DNA of 64,000 bases from Haliotis rufescens. Its lineage: Eukaryota. Shown here piece after piece: positions 49,601 through 61,600 of this stretch. Where the stretch lies: positions 10,540,001 through 10,604,000 of the forward strand of contig NW_025963779.1 in assembly GCF_023055435.1 (NCBI RefSeq), given 5' to 3'. The notes below the pieces were generated by a model, which saw nothing but the letters and a program-made list of their open reading frames with translations, ran no database searches and was not told the DNA's origin. The translations under genes and the position numbers were made by a program. The stretch's first letter is position 1. Every line of letters begins with the position of its first letter.

Positions 49601-52600
49601 TGGTGTGGTGAACTCCAAGGGAATCCATTTTTTTCTCTTTATACAATTCTCCCTTTTCAGTTTTTCCAGTCTTAGCCTTCTTCCCCGTTTTTGTCATTTT
49701 GGACGGAAGTCAATGCTTCGTCCCACGTGTCTTACTTGCAGTCAGATCTTCTCTCCATCTGACCTCATGATGTTTGTTCAGACTGTTGTGGGCGCTGTAG
49801 CACATCTGTGTGCTGTGTCAGTGCATGGATTTGACCTGATGAATCCTTCAGTAATTTCCCACCATAAATGTTGGAGCAAGAGCACCCTCGACGATTGAGG
49901 ATTTCGTCAAACTCCGCGCTTCTGTTGATGACAATCTCATTAAAATTAGATCTTAGTTTTTGCTACCGCTAAACAAAGATCTGAGGATATCCCATAACGG
50001 GTCACGTCAAAACGACCATTCGCGAACTTTGACCGACCAATGAAATGACTGACAAGAAATCGACATTAGCCAATCAGAAGGCAGCTTTCTCGAGCTTTAC
50101 AACACTAGTTTCAAACTGGCGACTACGCTTCGAAACATATTTTGACATATTCTCGATTAAAAATTTTAAACTGATTATAAGAACATTCTGGAATGGCTTA
50201 TAGATGGTCAAGTTTGTATGGATATAATCATAAAAACCGTAACTATCGTTCGGAATACCCTCTGTTAAATATTTTGAGGTTGCATGATAAGAAAACACAT
50301 ACCGTCCGTCACTTTCATAATCTGGTAAGCGACGCTCTGATTGGTTGGATGAAAGGTTGTTCTGACGTGACCCGTAATGGGATGTCCGCAGATCTTTGTT
50401 TAGCGATGGGCGACTAAGATCTGATTTTAATGAGATTGCTGTTGATGACAACAGTGTATCCGGGGTTCAGCTTGTGAAGCCTCGGCATTCGGCTGATTTT
50501 TTTCTTCCAGAATTCTATCATGGAACTCAAATCAACAATCATCTAAGGTTTGATGAACTCAAGATTGGGATGGGAAATCTAGGGTTCACCGATCACGGGA
50601 TCGGCAATCTACTCAGACTCGCCATACCTCCAATGACCGGACCTCTTACTTCTAAGTTTTGGCGAACATCTTAAGATTGGAACTCCTCTTGGAAGCAGCA
50701 CACTTCCAAGGTTCGACATACCTCACAGGATAGACACACCTCTAAGTATCACCGCACCTCTAAGGCACGACATATCTCAGAGATGCGATGTAACTCTAAG
50801 GATTGACGTTCCCCCGGGGTTTGATGAACCTCCATGGATTGACCTTCTTCCACTGAGCATTATTCCAAGTATCAACGATCAGGGAAACAGTCTACCCATC
50901 ATCTCTCATGGAGATACACTTCACATATCAGTTCGGAAGATGAATTTTATACCGACTTTAATGGACACTCATCTCACTTAGCCAGTTCCTCTTGTTCTAG
51001 TCATCCTGACTCACCTTCATGATCGTTCTCGCTCTGATGATTATCATCATCAACGACCAGATGTTTACTGGAACCCTGCTTCATATGATGACACTCTTCC
51101 TTCCTTACGCCGCTCAAGTTCCCCGTCTCCTCCTCAGGTTCAATGTCCGTCTACCGTGACTGTACCAGATCCTTCAGTGACACTAGTCTTCCACACAGAT
51201 ACTTCCTAAATCATGGAATCCTAATGATTTAACCTCCATCCCGGCGCAGCAACTTCAGTAGCTTTTACAAGGTGTGACGTCAGTGTGCCTCCCTCAGTCA
51301 GGGCCTCGTTCCTCAAAGTGATCTTAGCGCTACAATAATCGTAAGCCTAAGCCTGTTAAAGTATGGGACTTATGATCACTTTAGAGCTAAGATTGCTTTG
51401 AGGAATGGGGCCCAGGTCTTCCTATGGATACAGTAACTTCCGTCATGTACTCTCTGCAGCCTACGACATGGACCGTCCCATCTACTTCTCTTGTGGATCC
51501 GTTGCCAAAGAGGGATTTAATTGATTGTCATGCCTCCCCTGCTTCTTCCTCACTGCAGATCTGTTTATGGTTTTGAGTTGAATTGCGTATAAACTCCAGC
51601 TTCCTAAAAGTACTTCAGCCGCAGACAACTATCATCTTTAGTTGTCCCCTCTGCAATTTTGCCAAATAATACACTTCCCGGTTCATGTCTCCCATCCCCG
51701 ATCCTCAGGCTTAAGATTACAACACATTAGCAATCTTATGGGAGGGCCTACACGCTTACGCCTTTCTCCCAACCAGTGTTCTACCTTGGGTCCTGCAGAA
51801 GACCATGCCACTAGTAACCTCACACTGCTTTTGTCGTTGGCCAACATGGAGTTGGTTCTCCACACTCATCCAACTCGCCCACAGAAGATTTCATCATTTA
51901 CCCCTAAGCGTCAATCTTCTTCTTCAACCTCACTCTCAGCTCTTCCACCCATTGCCCGAAACCCTCAATCTGTGCGTCAGGCACATATACAGGAATCCCT
52001 TGTTGCCATGGGTTACTGTAAAAGGGTAGCCAAGACCATTTCTGAGGCTCATCGATCAACCAAGTCACTATACGACCATTGGTGGAAGGCTTTTGAGGAA
52101 TACTGCCACATGTGTAAGATTTCTACACCCACTACTGCTTCTCCACAACAAAGTGCCGAATACGTTCTTCATCTCCGGTCATCACGTAAGCTATAGGGTT
52201 CTTCCTTAGCAACGTATCTGGCTGCGATCAATTCTGTTCCACTCACCACTTCTTTGGGCATGTGTTGTTGGGTGTGTTCGGATGATTTTTTTATAGGTGG
52301 AAGCCTTTATTTAGGCACATTCCACTTAGGATCAAAAGAGAAGTGCATAGTGTGAGATAGGATAAGTATTATGAATATACATTTTTTATTGTTATAAAAG
52401 TTACAGTTTTGTGGATAACAACTTCGGGGTTTGTTGCATAACGTGACGTTTCAGTGTAGATCCTTACACCATTATCCAGCTGAATCCAGCGGAATCCAGT
52501 GCTGAACTGTTTCATTGTGTCACAGTATCTAAAGCATTTTCTTTAAGAATTCCTGATCTGCTGGAAAGGCACCAATGTAACTGAAGTTGAACAGTGTTTT

Positions 52601-55600
52601 GATGCTGTTCTGTAACTGAAATACAATTTGTGTGATTTGCTATCATCTGAACTGGTGATAACCCAGTGGAGCACATATGATAATGTACTATGTTTGTATG
52701 CTTATGGAAAGGAGCTCTCTATGGGTGGCTCACTAAAGAGGTTGGCACAGCCTGTGATTTTGATAGAACATTAAGTGCTCATTACCTTTGCAGTTTCGAA
52801 CAAGTCCAAAGTCAGTAAAATTTGCAGGGATACATGTTAGCTTGTTGGTAACTAAATGTTGTTTTTGATGTAACAATCTCTTCTCTTCCTGGAGAACATG
52901 GAGAAGAATTATATGACAATTACTGTTGTTCTCAGCTGTCATCAAAATGGAGGGAGGATCTGATTTTGACTTGACCATTCTTGACCAGCCAGAGAAGGAG
53001 GAGGAGGTGCCTCGCAGCAGAAACAACTCCGAGTCCCATCCGGTGGAGAAAAGGTAACTCTGTCAATTGTTACTGTACTTGAATCTGAAAAAGAAATAAA
53101 GCTGGACCATTGTGATTAGCTTTAGATTATATGAATGAGATGTTAAGAGAAGCCAGGTTGTCACAGGGAAATAATGATCATGATATATTGAATATTTTCC
53201 ATATACATGAGAAGCCAAGGGGTGATAAAACTGGAAGGATGTTTCTTATGGGACTTAACAAAGTGTATTTGTTTACAGATAAATTTAGGATGGCCATACA
53301 AATTGCAAAACAAAATTAACAATCCAAAATGCAAAAGATTATGTAGAGCATATCTGAGAACCTACAAGGAATAACTGTTTGTCGGTCCTAGTTGCATTGA
53401 TTATTCATATCTTAATGCTTGGTGTAAGCCCTTGTGGATGTGTAGGTATTTCAGGTCTGTTTGTCGGTCCTAGTTGCATTGATTATTCATATCTTAATGC
53501 TTGGTGTAAGCCCTTGTGGATGTGTAGGTATTTCAGGTCTGTTTGTCGGTCCTAGTTGCATTGATTATTCATATCTTAATGCTTGGTGTAAGCCCTTGTG
53601 GATGTGTAGGTATTTCAGGTCTGTTTGTCGGTCCTAGTTGCATTGATTATTCATATCTTAATGCTTGGTGTAAGCCCTTGTGGATGTGTAGGTATTTCAG
53701 GCCTGTTTGTCATTGTAGTAGCCCTGAAGAGGAGAAGAAGAAGAAGGCACCACCTCCAGAGAAGATTGAGGAAGAAGTGAAGAAGGAGGAGTCATCAGCA
53801 GAACCTGCGAAAGAGGTGAGTATAATACAGGGGTAGTGGATGGTTGTGTCTGCGAAAGAAGTGTGTATAATAGATGGGGAGTGGATGGTTGTGTTTCCTG
53901 GTTCCTGAAGAATGGAAGGTCGGTGGTGGAGGCCCTGGCCTCGTCATACAAAATGACATTAAGAGATAGTACTTGTTGTTACCCTGCATAGTGCTTGGCA
54001 TTAAGGGGCTAAATCAAGAACTGGCCGGAGAGGGAGTCAGTGTGTGCCCTGAGTAGGGTGTCCATGTTAATTTGCAGCATGGTATCTCAGTGTGCTTGCA
54101 CTATAAAGCCTAAGTCTGGACTAGTACAAGTCACCGTTACACACATGTGCATACGCATCGCTGTATGAGTGAAATAGTTTTTAACACAATGTAAAACTGC
54201 ATTTCACCTCACCACCTTAGACTATCTGGTAAGGGTTGGTAACTCTAAGCACTCTTCAAATGCATTGTGGTGCATAGTTTTCTTGACATTCGACATGTGA
54301 AGGTTGTGGGTTAGAATTCTCATAAGAGGTGACTAACATGATCTGGTGGTCAGACTTGCTGGCTCAGTTGATGCATGTCACCATATCCTATTATGTTCAT
54401 TAAAGCTCATGATGTCAATCACTGGATTGTCCAGTCCAGACTCGATTATTTACAGACCGCTGTCATGTAGCTGGAATATTACTGAGTGAGACATTAAAAA
54501 CAAACAAGAAAATCTCGATATTCAGTGTTTTGTTGGGTCAACTTTTGTTTTAATTTGTTTTGTGTCTTTTTGTGTTGCCTCTTCATCCATAAGTTTGCAT
54601 GTGAGTAACTATTACTGATTAGGTTGAATGATTTTGTGCTTCTATGCCTTTTATGCATTTTGTAATGATTGTTTATTTAATGCTTCATTTTTGTTGATAA
54701 TAGCTGTCCCCCCCCCCCCCCCCCCCCCAACTGTTTATGTACAGACACTGTTCAGACAATTTATCTTGAAAAATCATTGTATCCAAGAGTCGGGTAGTAC
54801 CAGGATGGGTTTACAGCTAAGTGTCACAAAAGGGCCATATTGTGCACTTTGAGTTAAAAGCATGAAACTTGGTACATTAAAAGCTTTCACCATGGTAATA
54901 TATTTTGGCTCTAGGGCCAAACAAAATGGAGGCCATTTTCAAGATGGCCGCCATTATATGGCTGAATTCAGCTATTATCGAGAAGAACTGACACAATTAA
55001 TACAATGAAACCCAATTACTTCTTTGATATGAGTGAATATGTTAATAGTGCAAAACAAATGGTTAAATGGTTAATTTTAAGGTAAAAATGGCGGAGAAAG
55101 TGTCAAGCAATTATCTGAGATTGTGGAATAACCCACAATCTTTGAGTTAAAATAATGAAATCTGACACATTAACAGCTCTAAACAAGCTGAATAATTTTG
55201 GCTATAGGACCAGCAACATGTTCAATAATTTTAAAGATGGCCGCCTTGTAATGGGATGAAGAACCTGTGTACCAAATGTCATGCTTTTAACTCAAAGTGC
55301 ACAATTTAGTCAAAAAGCCGCTCCACTAACTGGGCAATAACTTTTAGACCAAGTTTAGAACATCCTTGCATCTCAATTGCATATCATCAGGTAGTCGTAA
55401 GCTTCTGTACCTCAAAATAACTTCTTGAGACACAAAGGTCGGGTCTGGCCTTTATGCTGACTGCAGCAAAGAACACTATTCATAATAGTTAACTGTAACT
55501 GTATTGGGATCCAGGGTCTTGGGAGATGACAGTTTTTTAAGCATAATTGCTTTTCAGAAACCATTGCAGATGACCATAACAGCTGAACAACGGGAGTTGC

Positions 55601-58600
55601 AGAAGAAAGCGAAGGAGTTCCAGCAACTGAAAGAAAAAGAAAAACATGATAAGGTACATGAAACTCCCGAAACTGAAGACTTTTAATTTGGCGGGAACTT
55701 TGCATCACCAAATTTAATGTGAAAAAAATAACAGGCAATAGCGATCAGCTGCACTGAAGTGCTATGCTTAGGGTTATTATTATTTTAAATATATTTAGTA
55801 AAAGCTGCAACTGAAATTACAAGATATTGGAATAATTTTTTACTTATCCTGCATTACTCCTTAATGCATTCACTGCTTACTTACGACAACTAGAAGGACA
55901 GCGCTGCGAAGGTCCTGGGTGAAGAAACAAAGTTGTTGTTCTCAAGTCCCAATCAGTGGCCTTCCGTCGCTGTCCTGTGACCTTGATGACACCTAAGGTC
56001 ATCTTCACATCACTGCTTGTCGCAGCACAGCTAGGACGTGTCCAAGCGGAGCTCTCCTTTTGGATTAATTTTAGACCTTCAGTTTGTCTACAATCTTAAA
56101 AATTGATCTGCGATGGGTGATGTATTCTTTTCATATTACTTTCACCATGTTGTGTAGTTTTATATGAATTAATTAGGCGTGAAAAGACGCTTGTCTTTTT
56201 TCCCGCCAAAATATTGTTGTTCGCCGCCATTTTGAATTGTGTTACAATCGTTTGCCTGCCAAGGTAGTCATATTGTTTACAATTCTCAGCTACGTATGTA
56301 TAACATATTCTTATGTTCTTAAATATTACTAGCTTTGGCGTAACAGTGAGTTGCGTATACTAAAATTATTGTATACTTTTTCAACTCGTTAAAAATATGG
56401 TTGCCGATAGATTAATATCAAATCTACGGCTTTCTTCCAGTCCCGCTTCATCAACAATTCTTTTATTGCGTACCTATGTTTATGCGATTAAATAGTTTTT
56501 TGTTGGTATTTTTGGTTTTACATTGACATTTACATGAACTATTGTATACTCTTGCAACTCGTAGTTTTTGCCGATAGATTATTGTTCAATTCTATGGCAT
56601 TCTTCCAGTACCGCCTCATCAACAATGGCGTAATTGTGTTTAATTTAAACATATTTTATTGACATATATGGTCAACGGGATTGGGCAAAAGTTATCCAAC
56701 TTAGGTGGCCCTTTCCCTACTCTATATGTACAGACATTGAATATACATATATATATGTAATTGTGTAACTTATGATTGAGCGTGGTATTAATTGTCGTGG
56801 GAAAAATCTTACAAAGATTATCATCCACGTTGTTTGGTTTGCGCGCAGATGTGCTCTCCAAACCCTAAATGAAAATATAAATACCCTTGGTTTACATTGG
56901 GTTGCGCATACAAAAATATTGTATATCCTTGCAACTCATAAATTTGCCGATAGATTAGTGTTCAAATTCTTCGGCACTCTTCCAGTATTATCTCATCAAC
57001 AAGGGTTTCATTGCGTAACATACCTTTGAGCATTTTACTAATTGTCGTGGAAAAAACCTTACAAGATTATCATCCACGATTGGTTGGTTTGCGCGCGGAT
57101 GTGCTCTCCAATCTCTAAATGTAAATAGCCTTGGTTTACATTGAATTGCGTATATAAAAATATTGTATACCCTTGCAATTCGTATTTTTGCCGATAGATT
57201 ACTGTTCAATTCTACGGCATTCTTCCAGTACCATTTCTTCAATGGTTTAATTGCGTAACATAATTATGTTTGCTCGGTGTACATATTGTCGTGGAATAAT
57301 CGCCCAAAGCTCTTTATCCACGGTCATAGGCATGCACGTAGATGTGCTCGCCAAAATTCAAAATGTAATTTTTATGTAAATCTCTAATCCAACGAGTTTA
57401 CTATATAAAAGCAGATTACTCACAATCATATTTTGCAGTTATTCCGTCGTGAGACGAGAGGAATGTCACTATCGCAGAATAGCGAATGACATATGGTTCT
57501 GTCATTACCACCCAACCGTTATTATCGGCAGGTATTATGACGACTGTGATTGCAGAAGTACACCATCCACCGAAATCAACAATACCGGAGGATTTTGTGA
57601 GTATCGTAACTGCTCCTATTTTTTCAGCCGCCGGACACTTCCAGATACATGTATGATAATCTGTGACGTCGGCGACAGCACCAGCGTATCGAGATGCTAT
57701 GATGGGGGTAGATTAGACACAAGCCTTGATCCAGTCAATACTTTTGAGCTTTGTGTCTGATTTATCTGCGCCGAGCGCAGCACTTGACTACAACCAAAGC
57801 ATTTCTATTACGCAATCGGCGCACGATCAGCTTAGCGCTGTTCCAACATATCCAGCATAGACCTGCGCCGAGCGCAGCGTCTGACTGATACCCAAGCGCT
57901 CCTATCACGCCAGTGACGCACGATCAGCTTAGCGCTGTTCCAACATATCCAGCATAGACCTGCGCCGAGCGCAGCGTCTGACTGATACCCAAGCGCTCCT
58001 ATCACGCCAGTGACGCACGATCAGCTTAGCGCTGTTCCAACATTCCAGACCTGCGCTGAGCGCAGCGTCTGCGTATCAATCAAGGTCTCTACAATGACGT
58101 TAGCCCAAGGCTTACAGTGTACCGGTTACGTAACCGGCACATGATCAGCTTAGCACATGTACCCGATTGGGAAGCAGACCATCTCGTGTCAGTAACGCCT
58201 TCCCCTGATAACAGGGTAAATAAGAGGGACACCACGAGGTCATTGGAGGAAGCCTTCTCCAAAACTCACATTTGCTCCGTGATTTAAGCGACCAATATCG
58301 TCAATGTTTGCAGTGGATCAGAATCTATTAGAGGATAACCCTATCTGATTAGATCACTTCCAAACTATGGTGTTTTTCCTACAGCGTCAGTTTGACCACA
58401 GGAAAATTCATCTTGAGACCGTTCTGACGGTGATTACCGTTACACCCAAGACTTTATAGCGTTTCCAACTGAGATGCTGGTTTCAAGGGCAGTCTATTAC
58501 GTCAACCTTGATCATCTACTCCCCTGTTCAACGAACAGATCGCAGACACGCACGTCAAGTTCCCAAAAAGCTTGGAAAGTCCAAGTCAGGGAATTATAAG

Positions 58601-61600
58601 CCTAGACGCGCGTTTCTCAGGGAAGACCAGCATTCCCTTACTGAGAAAGGGAGTGGCAGAGACAAGTCTCAAGGATGATTTCGTACTTATCGCACTATAT
58701 CATGGTGTCCGTATAAGGGTAGAGTTAACCCCACCGTTGACCACAGTTTGATTGGGAAAATCCAACATAGACATACTGTTGGTAAGAAGAGCTGTAGAGT
58801 GGGTTCACAACCCAGTCTTTACTCCGGGGTTTTATCCTCACACCTACCTGGTACTCATGAAGGACCCAGACAAGATGAGAATGATCCACAATCTCTGTGT
58901 TCAACGAACGTTTGATTCTTCATCAGTCTCGACTATCCATCCCAACCGTAGACTTTTCAGGTCCAGTTCATTGGGGTTCACTACCAATGGTAGTATTTCC
59001 CATTTGACATGTCAGTGACACTTATGGCTATTTACAGGAGTAATGAAGCCAATAACTATCTACACGTGACGAACACTTGGTTCGAGTCGTAGATGGAGGG
59101 CGATCTACTGTATCATCAACACATGTCAATAACTGGGATAGACAATCAACGAGGCGAAGTCGGGAGTATTCTCCTTCCTTTTGACTTCAGTTCATAGGAG
59201 ACCTGTTTAAGACAGACCAGGATATCCTATCTGTACCGAGGGACAGATGGCACAAGTTTCTACTTCTTTTGTCATCTACTCTACACCAACCACACACACT
59301 TCGCCAGTGGCAAGTGTTGCTAGGGTTAATCACCTCGGCACAGGAGTTAACTAGCATGGGCCGCTTACAACAGCAACCAATTCAATTTTTTTCCTGAACC
59401 CTTACATCAGGAGTCAGGATCCACTCAAGGCCATCACTCTACCAACTAAGCTAGAGCCTCAATTTGTGGCGCTGAATGTCTGCGGAGTCTGTTTATTCGG
59501 ATTTTCCCCGAATACACACCTGTTTGTGGACGTCCCTTTTCAGGGGTGGAGTCTTCACTTACAAGACCAGATAAGCTCAGGGCTATGGCCCGGCGCACAA
59601 TGGAAGTGGCACATAAACAACTTGGAGTTGGAAGCTTTAATTCTGGCTATATCACATTGGCAGAATCAACTACAGTTAGCCCGACTCGCTATATCCACAG
59701 ACAACAGCACTGCGGTGTGGTGCCTGTGCAATCGGGGAACAACACACTCCCACTCTCCACTTCTAAGGACATTCAGATTTCTTCCATCTAGTGGATCGGC
59801 TGTGACTAAGGTTCATAGTTCAGCACATCCCCGGATGTAGAAACATACTGGCCGATACTTTATCACGTCCAGACAGGGTGGCTCCCACTGAGTGGAAATT
59901 TCTCACAGAAGCATTCCAGTTACTGCTTCAGGAATTCAGGCAACCAAACATTGACTTGTTTATTACTTGCCTAGGCCACCAACTCATGACGTATATCTCC
60001 CCGTTGCCGGATCCGCAGACTTGGGCGGTGGACGAGTTCAGTATCACTTGGGAAGGGCAAAGAACTAAAACTCTTCTGCCACCACTTTTACTTCCAAGGT
60101 GCTACAGGGGATCAAGGAGACAAGGTATCTCGATCTCTCCTTTGGTCGCACCATGGTAACCGGCGAGAGGGTAGTTCGTCAAGCTCGGAAAAATCTAAAA
60201 CGATTCACTTCCCCTCTCACAGTGGTCCAACCTACTCATCCACCCTCAACAGAAAATTGCCTCACCCAACGTCTGCACGCATGGTTCGTCTTTAAAAGGC
60301 GTTTAAGTGCGAAGGGTTATTTCGACACGGGCAGCAAAGCTATAGCTTTAGTTCATCGTTACTCTCCCAGAGACGACGATGACAAGTGGGGATCACTTGA
60401 GACTTTTTACAGGGAAGAAAAGAATCAAGACCCTACGATTGCGTCACAATTCCTAGAGGAATACCTCCTACATTGCGTACCCAAAAACACTTGGAAGGTA
60501 GCACCATTACTACGTAATTGGCTGCAATTATCTTAGTGTTGGCCGTTTCCGGAAAATCACAGTGTGATTAAGGTCACGGAACTACAGGCCATATTATGCT
60601 CATTCAGGTTTGAGGATCAGAAGGCCAAGTTCCAGCCACCTGATTGGGACTTGAACGTGGTACTTCGAGGTTTGCGAGGGCCCCCTTCGAGCCCCTCATT
60701 GCATCCTCATTTTCAAGCTCCTTCCCAGCGCGTGACACCTTCGTTACACTCTCGGTATAGTATAGAGAGCTCCGCGAACGGGCTATCGCTGTGAGGAGCT
60801 TGGACCTCACCAAGGAAACAATGGTTTTCTCTTGGCATTAGCAATGGCGGTACGGGTGAGCGAACTACATGTGGTCGACTCAACCCGGATCCGTTTTGAG
60901 CATGGGACGCACGGAACAGGACATCTAGGGTTATGCTGGGATTTTATTGCTAAAATCTACTACCAGGCCAACCCGACCGTTCTTCACCATCCCACCGATA
61001 TCGACTATTGTGGGAATCGTACATGGTGAAGTTCTCCTGGGCTCGGTGCGAGCAGTTCGAGTTTTCATTCGACGCTCCAAGACAAGGCGTGGTTCGTCCA
61101 CGACAGAAGTTAGTCGCATAATCGCAAACACCATATCTATATGGTTACGCGCAGTAATCCTTCAGGCCTACGAGATCATCAAACGGAACTCGCCGAGAGC
61201 GAATTACCCTCAAGATCTCAAGGTGTCAGCCTTACCAGGGCTCAACACGGCAATTGTGGTTTTGGAACAATCACGGAAGGATATTTCTGGAGATTCGACA
61301 CATATTTTCGTTAGTCATAACCTTCGCGTTGTGACTCTCGAGGATGTCAAAGACGTTCGAAGTTTGGCCCTCTGGTTGTTATCCTGCAGATTGCCAACCA
61401 CTGACGCAAATAATGAACTCGCCCTATACAGAGCCAGTCAACTTCCATGTGCAGTCACTCAGTCGCCACCAGTGGAAGAATATTAGACAATCTTGTTTGT
61501 CAGCGACGGCTCTATGACGCAGTAAGTAAAGAATTAGCTGAATAGCTATTATTTTCTTTATTACTAAGCGTGTATAGGGAATTTCTCTTTAATTCCTATG

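Noticed and set aside
54708-54728. 21-C homopolymer and poly-Pro ORF 54628..54852
   Set aside because: Intronic homopolymer without splice support; its length is unreliable in assemblies.
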